From Chrysomallon squamiferum (taxonomy: Eukaryota > Animalia > Mollusca), in assembly GCA_012295275.1 (NCBI GenBank), contig CM022676.1:620001-684000 (forward strand): 64,000 bases of DNA, read 5' to 3'. A program made the translations under genes and the position numbers. The notes beneath the pieces are model-generated. The model saw only the letters and a program-made list of their open reading frames with translations, did not search any database and was not told where the DNA came from. Every line of letters starts with the position of its first letter. The first letter of the stretch is position 1. Shown here one piece after another: positions 1-14,044 of the stretch.

Positions 1-1050
1 CATCTGGAAGTGGTTTCAGAATAACACTGTAAGCAATATAAATTTGTTTTGGGAGTAATTCTGGCTATCTTTCATTAATAACTTCAACAATAGCTGAGGA
101 AGGGAAACAACCTGTTGTTACTTCTTATGCAATATCAGCCACTTTGACTATTCCACTTTGAATAAAAGAACTAATTAGTAATCATTTTTTTTTTTTTTTA
201 ATTAACGATTCTGAAACAGTGGTTGAGACAATATTTCGTCTGTATCCAACAGGAAAATACGTTCCCCATTATTAACATAGTCCCAAGATGATAACATTTC
301 AGCATAAAAAGGGTTGATAACTTTCAAAGCATCTTTACTGTAATGTCATAATTTAAATTCATATTCATATATTTTCCAAGAAATACTGACATTGTATAAT
401 TTCAAACATTTTTAAAATCATTATCAAAATATTTCTTAAATATTTTAATACGAAACGCCATTTTCTTTAATGAAATACCTTTAATATTTAGCCTCCCCCC
501 CCCCGACGTTTTATTTCCGATTATTGTTGAATATTTCATTAAAGGTGTTTTTCTTTCTCAAATAAATTTATAAAAAAAAATTGTGGATTTCATTTTCTAC
601 CCAGTTTGGTATATTTATTGTGCTAATCATATACCAAAGTCTAGATAGAACAAAATATTCCATACGTCTACTTTTCCGTGTAAAATGAGTTTCCTTTGAC
701 TCCATAAATTAATTAATCTACAAATTTTATCTAATTTATTTTTTCAGTTCAAACTTTAACATAAGGACTTATTTGGTCCTAAATATATACCTATAATTTT
801 AACAAAGCCTTTACTTACCGATATCGCAAAGTTAAAAGATAAGTTTTCTTTAACAGTCTTACCAAAACAAAGTCGTGTTGGTTATATCTGAAAAAGACAA
901 TATTAAGTGTTTGATTTCTTTTGAAAATATTCTTAAAATGTATACATATAAACTGGTAATAATTACAGGACGCACAGAAAATGTACTCCCGATTTCAAAC
1001 TGATCTTTAAGCATTTCTGTAAACAGAATATTTTTACATATCAGTAACAT
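1..1050 (-). mobile_element. Degenerate L1/Tx1-clade LINE ORF2 fragment (end of RT domain plus C-terminal region)
   Basis: Minus-strand translation across stops and frameshifts gives KIIGIYLG..NLWSQRKLILHGKV..IPNWVE..GGGG..KKMAFRIK..NPFYAEMLSSW..ILSQPLFQN..FIQSGIVKVADI..PSSAIVEVI. This is the motif order I recall for L1/Tx1 ORF2 after the RT catalytic motif. Confidence 0.75.
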
Positions 1051-2242
1051 TTAACAGTTAGTGAGGTCAGAGTAAGTAATCTGCTACCCTCTCCTCCTCT
1101 GGTCACATCCGTACTAAATATAAAAACGAACTAAAAACTGAAAATATTTAGCAATTAATGATTGTCGTGAAAAAAAGTCCTATCTTCATCAAAATGTTTT
1201 AATTATTTCTAATATATATACCACGCTAAACGCTAAAAGAGCATTTTGGCTTATAATAAATACGGAGTTAAAGGTTTTACAGATGAGATTTGTTATTATT
1301 ATTTGTATGTATTTAACTGAAAACCAGTTTTTGTTTTATATTGAACGTTTGAAAATAGATTACTTTTCATATAAATAATTTTAGTTTACTAACCTGCTTT
1401 AAGAGACAGCTGAGTATTCTTTTTATGTTTTACATTTCAAAAAATGTACTAGCCAACATTTCATATAAATTGATCATCCTTAGGAATCCACAGAAATTAT
1501 TTTGATTATGTTGCTATTTATATCTATCAATCACCAGAAATCAATGGTGAAGCTAATGCTGAAGTTTTTATATGCAGCCTTTGACTTGTGAAACGTAAGC
1601 TAGCTCTGAACATATTCATTATTTATATTTCTAATACATGTATATCATCTTTGTTTGTAATATTTGGAAATACATTTACAGTTTTTGTTAATTTTACTTT
1701 AGTGTCTTTAAAAAGTGAGTTTATATTTACTGTTCAGTATTCTTTACAGTATCTTTAAGTGCCATCAACGTTCATATATATTTCAGTATGTCCACTATAA
1801 CTTTAACATTTTATTAACATAATTTTTAAATATCTATATTATTTATTTTCTCCTTCACTAAAATTTTAATTCCTCAAATTTCTAAGCAGTATTGGTGGAT
1901 ATTTATTTCAAAAGTTTTATGTTCTATTCATTTAGCATATTTGTCTGTAACAGTTTTTACATTTTTCATTTATTAAGTAATTTATATTATTTTATAATCT
2001 ATACTTTTTATAGTTTTAATGTCTGTAATTCTCTTTTAATATAATTTTTTATTTTTTTTTTGTTGTTTTTTTTTTTTTTTTTTTTATATAGATTAATATT
2101 ATATGATTGCATTTTATACATCCTTTTCTTCTGTCTTCTTCCGATTAACGAGTTTCATGTTAGTTGATTTTAATGCCAGTTTTTCTCGTATTTTCAAAGA
2201 TAATGTTTATTTCTTCATTCATTCTTTCATTCATTTATTCAA

Positions 2243-3426
2243 TGTCCACCGAGCATTCCTTCCAATGTGAACATAAAGAGAATCAGCTCTTCTTCCATCT
2301 CAGTGACTTGGACAGAGGAATATAACGGTGGCTGCGTGCAAATATTCATTGTACAGTACAGAGAAAACACGTCAACACAGTGGAACAACATCACAGAGAA
2401 ATTTCTAGAACGTGGTCTACATACAACCCATACAGCAGTGATATCGTCTCTAAAGTCACAGACAAACTATCTTGTGATGGTTTGGCTTATAACAAATATG
2501 GATATAAAGGCTTCACTGCAGGCAAATATTTCCTTGAGAACTCCAGTCAGGTAAATCAATTATTTTATTTATTTGTCATCATATTATTTTACAAGTATGA
2601 CATTATATAGAGAATGATAGTCAAAATTTATTACCAAAATTTGGGTTGCCTTAGAATATCAAATAAAACAATTCCAGTTCAAATGATTGTATCTTTAAGA
2701 AATTTGATCAGTTGATTGATAAAAAATAAAGGTCTTAATATTGATAGCACCGCCAATTAATTTTGGAGAAATAAATAAATAAATAAATAAATAAAAGGAA
2801 AAACAATGATGATGATGATGATAACTAATATATAAATAATAATTGGCATTTAAACTTTTTTCCAAGTTGGAGTAAAATCACATTTTAATAGATATTTTAA
2901 TGATTTGACAGAAAACAGTTACAATTAACTGTAGTTCATTTGTTAGTTACTCTACGTTTTCTTTGTCTTTTATTTATTTAACTTTTTATTTGTTACTTTC
3001 CACTTTATATTTTTACTGATATAATTTTAGATTTTTGGAACATTGTTTCTGTACAGCTACATATTAGTGATAATATTATTTCAGAAGCTTTTTTAATCTC
3101 CTTAATCCTAACTATATTAATTAGTTTTACATTTTATTTCTTCAGAATTTTTTTTTTTTTTTTTTTTTTTTTTCCAGTGTTACATTTATTTCATTATTTG
3201 TATCTATCGAATTTTAAACTTTTATTTCATTATATTTACTGCAGTGTATTATATATGTCTTAGGTACGTTTTGTGTGGTATATCTGTATTCAGTTTAACA
3301 AGTGTTGTTTCAGATGACGTATATGATATAAATGTGATACAGTAGCTGTTGGATCTGGATCACGGATTTTCGTCTTAACTCTTCTTGTTGTTGCAACTAT
3401 TTTCATATGTCGTAGACTGAAAAAAG
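2243..3426 (+). pseudogene. FN3 exon plus transmembrane exon relic of an Ig/FN3 receptor
   Basis: 2243-2550 reads PPSIPSNVNIKRISSSSISVTWTEEYNGGCVQIFIVQYRE..LKSQTNYLVMV, then shifts frame at ~2481 into LAYNKYG (the FN3 F/G-strand motif). There is no AG at the expected acceptor; a GT donor sits at 2551. 3314-3426 encodes TVAVGSGSRIFVLTLLVVATIFICRRLKK, out of frame with its acceptor, and has AT where the donor GT is expected. Confidence 0.75.
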
Positions 3427-3486
3427 ATTTGTACTGTTTGTTTCGTTGCAGTAGTTTTAATCTACGTATGTGTGTTTGAGTAGGTC

Positions 3487-3487
<1 letters not shown>

Positions 3488-3550
<63 letters not shown>

Positions 3551-3600
3551 CTGGGCGTGTGTATATGTCTGTGTGTGTGTGTGTGTGTATGTCTGTGTGT
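3488..3600. repeat. (TG)n microsatellite
   Basis: Direct reading. Confidence 0.95.
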
Positions 3601-3854
3601 GTGAGCGAGAGAAAGAGGGATCAGGAAATCAGTATCAGTTAAACAATTTGAAATAAATAGAAAAACACTTTCTTACAAAAGAAAATTAAATATATTATTG
3701 TATACAATTTCATCATTACCACCCAGTTTTCTTTAAGAAAGTGACTGAAGTGATCCATAACTAACAGATCCAGGTTTCATGTTCAGAGAACTTGTCTGAC
3801 TTGCAGCTGAATGTTTTTAAACATCTCTGTCCAGTTTGTTCTCTTTTATTTCTG

Positions 3855-4372
3855 TATATGTGTGTTGTACGTCAGATGTGTAAATGTGTTTATGTGTGTA
3901 TGTGATGTATGTATGTGTATGTGTCTGTATGTGGTCTGTAATGTTTGTATCTGTATATGAGAAGTGTGTTTATGCGTGTCTGTATGTATGTGTGAGGTTT
4001 TTGTTTGTACGTGTATATATATGTATGTATGGGTATGTGTGTGATGCATATACGTGTATATATGTGTGTGTATGGGTGGGTATGTGTGTGATGCATATAC
4101 GTGTATATATGTGTGTGTATGGGTGGGTATGTGTGTGATGCATATACGTGTATATATGTGTGTGTATGTATGGGTATGTGTGTGATGCATATACGTGTAT
4201 ATATGTGTGTGTATGGGTGGGTATGTGTGATGCATATACGTGTATATATGTGTATGTATGGGTATGTGTGTGATGCATATACGTGTGTAATGTGTGTGTA
4301 TGTGACGTATGTATCTGTGATGTGTGTGATGTGCATGTGTATGTGTTTATGTCTGTGTGTTATGTATGTGTA
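3855..4372. repeat. TG/TA-rich minisatellite, ~45-50 bp unit GTATGGGTGGGTATGTGTGTGATGCATATACGTGTATATATGTGTGT
   Basis: About 6 units at 4005-4285 within degenerate TG flanks; source of the H/T/Y and V/C/M ORFs in the track. Confidence 0.9.
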
Positions 4373-5532
4373 TTTTTTCTGTCTATGTTTTCACAGAAAA
4401 AGATTCAACTGTGCTAGAATGCGATAACAAAAAATAAAATAAAATAACACATACAACCGTGACTGTGTCAAACCGGTAGTCTTCGTGAAGAATCCTCAGA
4501 AACATTTATTTCAAGTAACTTTATATTATCTTCAATATATTAGTCCACTAACATGCGACATATCGCAATTAATTATCTGATGAGATTTGCTTTATATATG
4601 TGCATGTTAATATGTTCATATTTATATATATTATGTTATTATCAAAAAATCAGTACAATATTTAGCAGTTTTCTTTTAATTAACGTCATAGTTTATTTCC
4701 TTCCTTTTTTTTAGATTTACGTTTTTCTTTATAATTTCTTTTTTTATGTTTGTCTTATTTTATCTGGTTAATTGTTGTCTTTCAAATCACAGGAACGTTC
4801 CAGAACCGCAGTCTCCCTTCTTGTTTTTGAAGTGCAAAAGTTTCTAAATGTTTATTCCAAGAAGCCTTACTTTACTAAAAGTGGTTTAAATTCTAAATGT
4901 TCAGTATGTATTAAGACTTCTGGCTTCATCATCAGAAAGGAATGAATCAAGGTACAAAAGGAAGTTATGAAAGGAGTGTGAAATAGAAGGCTAGTTCTAA
5001 CGAAACTAGTAAATTTATAAAAGGTCGTCAGTTATATACTGGGCTATGAACGGCTGAGATTATTTTGTACATGATTAATTAATGGAAATAATTTATTCTA
5101 TATCCTCAGATATGCTAGTATAAAGTTTAACATCTTTCTATGATAAATATAGAGTGTTTACAAATTAATAAAACGACTTGTTTTATAAGCACCACATATT
5201 AATATGTTTGTATGAAGTGTCTGGTGTCAATGATAATGGAAAACCTCGAAACAAATAACTCGTTTCACACACACACACACATTTATTTTAATTCTGAGAT
5301 TCATAGTAATATTTAAATTAAACATCGGTACTATGTAAGTTTGTAGATAATTTTGTTTATGTTATAAAATTACAGGGTTTGTTTATTTCAATGTTTAAAT
5401 ATATATATATGAAAAATTTTTAAAATTATGATTAAATTATGCTTAGTAAAAATGTATGACTGTGATGTCATAACCAAATACAATAATGAATTTTATAAAA
5501 TGTTTCTGCGTTTCTTGTCTCATTTGGGTTTC

Positions 5533-6251
5533 TCATATGGTTTTGGTCTTCAAATCGCTGCTGTTTAAATATTACGTTATCCAAAGAAATCAACTAAACA
5601 CTGACTTACTGCAATCTGAGAGAATCAGCTCTGTAAACTGGCTCTAACTGAACTAAATCACTGGTAAAAACCAGTCTATATAATGATATTCCATTAGTTT
5701 AGTATACTCAGTTAGACATTAAACATATACCCGTCATGCTACATTTGTTTACATAATTATCTGTGACTTCGTGATTAAACAATAAACTCAGTGCGTGTTA
5801 TGTATATATATCATTTAAATAGGAGATAATGAAGATAAGAAATAACGTCACTTTATAAATAAAAAACAAGAAACAAATATCTGAACAAGCCACTGATTAA
5901 AGGTAACTTTTACTATGAATGAAAATGTAGTGTTCTACACATTTTTTGTCACTGTGTGATAAAACATATATTTGGGTACAACACCTTGATTTATATATAA
6001 CAATAACATAACATTGCGCAAATATCTTTAACAAATTAAATATAACCATAACATAACACTGCACGATAATCTGACAAATAAACAATAAAATATAACTAAA
6101 AGTACGAGAAGAAATTTCAGATGATAGATGAACATTATATAATATTATATACATAAAAATTATTTAAGTTTATATAATAAACAACTATTCTATCTTTCCT
6201 TCAGTTTTCATTTATTTATTTATTATCATCATCATCATCATTATTATTAAG

Positions 6252-6293
<42 letters not shown>

Positions 6294-6482
6294 GCCTTCT
6301 CTGATTCCTCTGGACAATAATTTCTGCTACGTTTCTGTTTTAGATGAAATGTTACATAAAAGACAATTCCAGTGAGAACAACGGCAGCAGCCACTCCGAC
6401 CACTGTGTTGGTCTTTCTCAGCGCAGCAGCTTCAGCTGCAGAGACAAGCTCTGAAAAAGCAAAGACAAAATAATAATAATAA

Positions 6483-6529
<47 letters not shown>

Positions 6530-7815
6530 ACGAATTTTATAATAAGGCACACAGAGAAAACCTAGATTGTATCATTATTGTATAATTATTGTAATACACT
6601 GCCACTACTACTTTCACTACTAGTACTTCTACTAAAATTACTATAAATAGTACCACTGCTATAATAAGAATATTGTAGTGTTATACATTTATTTAAAAAA
6701 AAAAAAATTTGTTGGTATTTATTTACATTTGTAATTTTTTTTTATCAATTTTTTTATTATTATATTTTTTTATTTATTGATACAATTTTATTTTACTATC
6801 GTAATAGATTCAGATTACTAACTTGATACAGTTTTATATTACTAGCTTGATAAAGTTTTATAGTTTTGTATTACTAACTTTATAGTTTTATATTACTAAC
6901 TTGATACAGTTTTATATTACTAACTTTATAGTTTTATATTACTAACTTGATACAGTTTTATATTACTAACTTTATAGTTTTGTATTACTAACTTTATAGT
7001 TTTATATTACTAACTTGATACAGTTTTGGTACACGTAGATCCAATACTCTGTGTTCCGTCCGCACATTTTCAGACTCCTGAGTCAGCTGATTCACTGAAG
7101 TGTTCTATTGTCAGTATGACCTGGGAGGATGAATCGATGGTAGCTTCGTACCCTGATACATTAGTGTGACACTCTGTATTAGCGTCATTGCACTGTACAA
7201 CTTCTTTTGAGCCTTCCGGACGCCAAAATATGATGCCGTCATTTATTTTCCCTTTTATTTTGCAAATTATGTTTGACTTATATCCAGAACGTCCACCAAA
7301 GAGACAGTTCAGTGATGTTTTCGCTGCTTTTTCATCGTTTTCTTGTTTTCAACAAATAAAGGAATGTTTTAAAAGAAATATTTATGAAACAAATGAAGCA
7401 GTTTTAGATCAAACACACACACGCACACACACACGCGTACATATATACATGACAAAATCAGTAACATAATTATAAAAGACTTAATTCTATTTATTAAAGT
7501 ATAGGTATTGCAACTTTTCTCAAAATTCTTTAGTAAAGTCGTTATTCACCAGTTTGTTGATTTTCACAGTGATCTTGTAGTTTAGAACATCTCAGCGTTT
7601 ATGTTGTGTACATCTTACATCATATCCTTTAGTTATGCGAACTACGTAGCACTGTTTTGAAAGCAATAAAACAGAAGCAATCTTTACTGGTGGCGTATTC
7701 TTTAGTATGATCAAAAAATCTCTGTGGTTTGTATACTGAGTGACAACACACGTTAGCATGAAAGACTGATTCAGTACAGCCACTGATTGTGAGCCAGACA
7801 AAACAAGTGAAACAC
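5533..7815 (-). pseudogene. Two-Ig transmembrane receptor pseudogene
   Basis: Ig1 exon starts at 7815 (GVSLVLSGSQSVAVLNQSFMLTC..QC..GYDVRCTQHKR*DVLNYKITVKINKLVNNDFT), with an in-frame TGA at 7592-7594 and the WxC end missing. Ig2 exon 7341-7015 has DSGV*KC, with TGA at 7070-7072 replacing the Trp. TM exon 6450-6290 reads ..TNTVVGVAAAVVLTGIVFYVTFHLKQKR.. and has lost its donor at a poly(A). Small tail exons 5647-5610 (LEPVYRADSLRL, GTAAGT donor) and 5560-5533 are phase-compatible. A decayed leader exon may lie at ~8345-8420. Confidence 0.8.
6814..7026. repeat. 20-24 bp minisatellite TATTACTAACTT(GATAC/TAT)AGTTTTA overlapping the Ig2 exon donor
   Basis: About 10 units; the minus strand of the long unit reads AAAACTGTATCAA|GTTAGT, the exon end plus donor. 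Confidence 0.9.
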
Positions 7816-9913
7816 CTGGAAGAGAGGAAAACAAATTCTTGATAATTTTTCCTGCATATAGAGGATGAATAAATACATAAATAATGAAATGTCGTTAAAG
7901 AGCCACAATCAGTCAGTCAGAATATAATGAAGGAAAAAATGTTCATGTTGCTATACTCGAAGAGTTATTTCAAGAAGTATCTTCCAGAAAACGTTACAAC
8001 CAAATTTTATTCTTACTGTTTTCTTTTTATTGCATATCCTAAAGAAACATTTTATATTTATTTTTATTTTTTTTTTATTTTTTTTTATTTTTATTTATTT
8101 TATTTTTTTATTTTTTTAATATATTTTCGAATAGATGCAAAAACAAGGTAACAATGTTTGATGTATCTCTACTTTAAAGATAGGAGGAAAAAAGTTCCTA
8201 ATTTGAATAGACTGTAATATTACACTTAAACTTAGGAATTTTGCAAATACATTTCGACCCTTTGCATAATGAAATTTAAAAAAAAATCAATCAATCAATT
8301 AATTCGCCTCATGCATCTTAAGCAAAAACAAAATCAGTAAATACATTGTCATTTTCAGTACGAAAACAGACACTGTGTAGTGTTGTATTAATCAGAAGCG
8401 TTGTTTACAGAGGTAGTAATGTCTGCAAAGGGGAATATGTAAATATGTATCTAAAATTTCTGTTCAGAGCTGCATTTACTTAGTAAGAATGAATGAGTTT
8501 GTAGTAAAATCGTTAACCTGAAAACCCCTGGCGAGAACAGCTCAGACGAACATTTGTAATGTAATAAAGATATTTGATATGACGGAAGACCTCGCTAATT
8601 GTGTTCTTAAATAACGTTTGCTAAATTTGACGAGAGAAAGTGTTTACAGTTGATGTTTGCAATCATCAATAATTATGCAACAGGACTAAATAATTGTAAA
8701 TGAAACCTATTTCTAAATTGTCTTTTAAGGTGTAAACTAGCAGTTAAACCAATGAAATAACTTTGAACAATATCACGGACACTGAATACTGAGTCGACCC
8801 CTCGTTAGTCGCGCTGAAAGACTGTCACGTGTTAATCAGCTGAAGTTACGTCACTAGTTAGGACGATTCAAACATGTCCAATAATTTCCGAGTCGTTGAT
8901 TTTATGATAGAGTTTGAGTTCTTCTTGTGACGTGTGCATGTACGACTAAATGGTACTTATTTTCATAACAGCAAACTCGAAAATAACTGATCTAAAGGAA
9001 TGTAAAGCCTAAATTATTGTTAAATGAGCATCTTTAAAACAGCGATATCCACCCAAATGTCCTTTTGAGATGCTCCCCGCCAAAGGTTATCAAAACGTAT
9101 GTAGATAATAAGCAGAATGATGATGGAACGAGGGTTATTCGAAGTGTGACGTACCTAAACTGACGTCAAAAGGCAGCAAAAACGTCATTAGTAATAATTT
9201 TACTTGAAAAACGATGGGCTTCATGTTACCTGAACGTGACATTTTCTTAAAAAAAAAAAAAAAAAAAAGTAACAAACAAAAAAGCATTTATTATTATTAC
9301 TATTATTACTCTACAACAAAAACTACTTCTGCTGCTGCTGCTGCTGCTGCTATTGCAATAGCACTCATTTTGTGGTTCCTTGTTAATAATTTAATTTGTT
9401 AAACAGAATGTATCAGAACAGGACGCTTTCTTTCTATATCATTTATTTATTTATTTATTTATTTATTTATTATAAATTTCTTTCTTTTTTCTTGATTTGA
9501 TTAATTGCAAACTTTTCCACTCTTCAGGGAATATACTTTAATATATAAATTGTTTTATGGGTTGTTTTTTTTTGTTGGTTTGTTTCATTTATTTTTTTTT
9601 TTTTTTTTTTTTTGTTGTTGTTGTTATCTTATTCTAGACCTTTTATATAAAGGTCGTGATTTCACATTTTCTGTATAAAAAACTTACTATACCTAAATAT
9701 TCTTTTGCTTTCATAATATCAGTTATTGAGAAATGTTGAACTGAAGTGGTTTAGATTACGTTTGTGATACAAATAAAAAGCCTTACCTTAAAACAAGTTT
9801 GCTGTGAGATTCAACATTTCATCAGTGCTAAATTCAACAGGACCGGAAACCAAGTATGAAATCGAGGCAATGAGGTAAATACAATTAAAAAAAATAATAA
9901 TAATTAAAAACTA

Positions 9914-9971
<58 letters not shown>

Positions 9972-11092
9972 TTAGTAAAAAGCAAATTCAACATATTTCG
10001 AATTTGGATTTTTCAAACGTTATTATTTTGTTTATGTCATATTCTTAATCATATTTCGCTGTGTCTTGATTCTGGTCATATATAATATATATATATAATA
10101 TTATTAATCATTTTTATAAAATTTATTTTTACCTTAGTTCTAAACTGTTGTATATGGTTGTAATTATTCAAAATGATTACTTTTAAGGATTTCGTCAACC
10201 TAATTAGGCTAGACGACAGTATTATTTTATGTAAATGATGTCATATTTTATTGTTATGTTAAAAAATACGTAAAGAACAATTATATACAAGGGCAGAACC
10301 CTTCTCGGCATGTTTGGAAAAAGTGGATTTGTGTGAAAAAACATGTTTTATGTTATAAGTTACCTCCGCCGGCTCCAGGATATTTGCCCCAAACTGACCT
10401 CATCTACGCATGTTGAATCCGTGGCCCAGTCACAGAACGCATTTATCATAACAAAATTACCATATAATAATATGAACCAAAAAGAAAATAATAATAATAA
10501 TAATAATGTTGTTGCTGTTGTTATTATTTCACTACTGAATTAAAATTTGTTCTTCAATCTATTTATTTATTTGTTTTTCTTATCATCATCATTTATCTTA
10601 ATTTATTGGTTTATTTATTTATTTATTTATTATCATTATTATTTTTATTTTTATTTTTATTATCAGGTAGAGCTGACTGTTAAACTGTATGCACTCTAAT
10701 CTTTCACTTCGCATTGTTTTGTGATAAGTAGAAATTGAAGTGTTTTTGATGAGATGCCATCAATTTTCATGACTTTAATTTTAAAGATTATTTTTCGCCA
10801 GATTCATCACCAGAACGACAGTCAATTTCAGTCTCAGATCGTTTCGCTGTTATCGATTTTTTCAAGAACTACAACGAATTCATAAACAAATAAATTAAAA
10901 TAATTATGTAAAGAAAAAGAAGATGGAAAAAAACTGAATACATATTTTAGTACTCTTTATTTTAGAAAGTAAAAATTAAGTGTCTTCAATGGATTGTTTG
11001 TTTATTGCAATGACAACAATCGTAAACGTAATAACTAACAGCAAAATGAAGACGCAGCACCTCGAGGACAACAACAGTTACTAGATAGATAG

Positions 11093-11149
<57 letters not shown>

Positions 11150-11438
11150 TATACCCAGTCACCTCAGCAATTAACATTCTTATAACAGCAAGATAAAATT
11201 AAAACAATATTATCTCTACGTTTATAAAAAAGGAAAATCAGAAATACGTTAATACGATAATTTGTATCTGCTGTCTTATTTCAATACAGTTATGACGGAA
11301 TTTAGGATAATCTTAGCTCAGTTTTGGTTCCCCTCGACCCCTATACTGTCTTTAAAACCCACTAGAAGCTAAGATTCAGAATAGTTACTAAATGAGATTA
11401 GAAGCTGAGCTTCGTTTCGGGACAAAGCTCTGCTCTAT

Positions 11439-12507
11439 TAATTCATGTTTCACCTTGCTCCGTAAGCCACGCCCCTTTTACTTACTGTTACTGCGTCCCA
11501 CAAGATAACATCCAAAATGGCGGAATCAGTAGCAGGTGTCGTAGGTGATCTAAAATGTATTCCAGATGATGTGTCGGTTTCATATCTTCATGCGAGCTCG
11601 CGCTTTTCCAGATAAGCACACGAGAAAGTTTTAATTATTTTTAGTCAAGGCTATATCCACGATATAAAAATTTCCGACGAAAATCAACCGAAAGTGAATG
11701 CGGGATGCTGGCGTTCCACGAGTAAAAACGACTCGACACGCAAACAGCACATTCAAGTTTGCCTGGAGACGAAACAGCTGACACAGGCTAACTGCTCATG
11801 AAAAGCTGGATGAGTATATTTTGCAGCACGTTTACTTTAGTGCAAAGAAAAAAGAAAGGTTAAAACCAGATTACGACAAATGACTCACGAGTCTTAAAGC
11901 TGCATTGTTAAGACGTTTACACCAGATCACCCAAATGTTTAGTTTGAATTCAACTCAAACCAATTTGGTTATATGCATCACACACACACACAACACTCAG
12001 ATTTTTGTTGTTTGTACTGTCTGTGGGTCAACCAGTGCACTATGACTGGCACTCACTACCCTGTCTGTGGGATGGTACTGCCAATCAAAAATATGTAGCC
12101 CATGAAGTGGAAATAGCGGGTTTCCTCTCTCAGTACAGTGTGGTCTTTAACCAATGTCCAACACCATATAACCGTAAATAAAATGTGTTGAGTTGTGTTA
12201 TGAAATAAAACATTACTTTATTCTTTTTTTCTGTTCAATGGCTAGTTGAGTTTTCGGCTTCGAACGATATAAATGTCGAGTGTTGTCCCCCAAGCACATC
12301 ACTTCGCCATTGTGCCTATGAATAATGCGTTCTAACAAAGGAAGTATTAACGCTTGCTGAACAACTGAACTAAACAACAATCAACATAAAAACCACCGCT
12401 TGCGGGACAATATGGCGGCCGAAAATAAAATATTATGGGTCGTGGAAATATCGCGCTTTGAATGGTTGAAGTTCCGAAGTGACTGACACCTGTGGAAACA
12501 TGAATTA
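11439..12507. mobile_element. Internally deleted ISL2EU-like (PIF/Harbinger-related) DNA transposon
   Basis: 13-bp inverted termini TAATTCATGTTTC (11439-11451) and GAAACATGAATTA (12495-12507). Plus-strand relic from ATG 11517 reads ..FSQGYIHDI..AGCWRSTSKND..QANCS*KAG, the start of a SWIM zinc finger as in YqaJ-type accessory proteins. A convergent minus-strand relic from ATG 12310 reads MAK*CAWGT..FISF/KPKTQL, a THAP domain N-terminus. The TSD is ambiguous. Confidence 0.7.
12017..12228 (+). mobile_element. 5'-truncated SINE fragment nested in the transposon
   Basis: CCAGTGCAC..CTGTCTGTGGGATGGT..GTAGCCCATGAAGTGG..AGCGGGTTTCCTCTCTCA..CCATATAACCGTAAATAAAATGTGTTGAGT..AAATAAAACATT resembles, from memory, an abundant gastropod SINE core and tail; not verified by search. 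Confidence 0.6.
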
Positions 12508-13344
12508 TAAACATTTGTTTATTTTATTTATTAACACTACTTAACACAAAACAGTATAATTCAAATTATTTGTAATTGTAACTATAAAAACAGAATGCAT
12601 TAAATGTATATTTTCCATTGGTATTGATTTTTAAATATTAAAAAGGAAAAATACAAATATTAAAAATGACTCTTTCAGTATAAATGTTTGGTATGTGCAC
12701 TCTTTACGACAAAATGACAGACAGACAGAAATCGGTTTGTAATTACACCAACCTTTATTTCAAAACAGTAATTATTTTTAATTACAAAGTCTTTAATCAA
12801 GTCCTGAAGCCATCATCAAGACAAAGCATCAATTCTTGTAATGTTCGGATTTTTGACATGCTTCCACTTAAAAATCAATATTTAATTGTCCTATTTGTGA
12901 CCATTAACAAAATTACAAATAAAACAACCCGATTTAAACATCTCAGAACGTCATTACGAAAACATATTCTTACTGGAGTTATTCTCTTCTTCTGATCGAT
13001 TTTTCACAATTCTAATGAAAGATTTCAGAACTGTTGTTGCCTCCTATACACGTCAGAGAGATTTATGACACATTTACGAGACTAACATTAAGACTTTTAG
13101 AATTTTTCGCCGGCAGTATGAGTCTGAAAACATCGTGTATGGCAATTTTATTATTGAGAAGAAATTGACTGGCACTTAATCCAACAACCTGAATTCAACA
13201 TTCCTTGTTTTATTCAAAGGTACAGTTTTTAATATATATAAGATATACACAATGTTATGCAGCCCGCATTACCTTGAACGATTATCCCTTTCATTTACAT
13301 TTTAGTATTATTACTATTCTTCTTTATTATTATTATTATTTCGT

Positions 13345-13904
13345 TTGTGTGTGTGACTGTGTGTGTGTGTGTATGTGTGTGTGTGTCTGTATGTGTGTGC
13401 GTGTGTGTTTGTGGACGCAGCGCGCGTGTTGGTGTGTCTGTGTCTGTGTGTGTATATGTGTGTGTATTTGTGTGTGTGACTGTATGTGTGTATGTGTGTG
13501 TGAGTGTGTGTGTGTAAGTGTGTGTGTGAGAGTGTGTGTGCATGTGTGTGTGTATGTGTGTGTATATGTGTGTGTATGTGTGTGTGTGTCTGTATGTGTG
13601 TATGTGTGTGTGTCTGTATGTGTGTGTTAGTGTGTGTGTGTGAGAGTGTGTGTATGTGTGTATGTGTGTGTGTCTATGTGTGTTTGTCTGTATGTGTGTG
13701 TCTGTATGTGTGTATATGTGTGTGTGTCTGTGTCTGTATGTGTGTATGTGTGTGTGTCTATGTGTGTTTGTCTGTATGTGTGTGTCTGTATGTGTGTATA
13801 TGTGTGTGTGTCTGTGTCTGTATGTGTGTATGTGTGTGTGTGTGTGAGTGTATGTGTGTTTGTGTGTCTGTGTGTGTGTCTGTGTATGTGTATGTGTGTG
13901 TGAG

Positions 13905-13935
<31 letters not shown>

Positions 13936-13994
13936 CTGTGTGTGTGTGTATGTCTGTGTGTGTGTGAGTGTGTGTGTGTGTTTATGTGTGTGTG

Positions 13995-14044
<50 letters not shown>

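Noticed and set aside
7070-7594. In-frame TGAs as selenocysteine or read-through
   Set aside because: One replaces a conserved Trp, and other lesions (lost Ig1 end, lost donor) point to pseudogenisation
11030-11200. Possible minus-strand leader exon (..MLIAEVTG)
   Set aside because: Donor phase unclear and no linked downstream exon could be established
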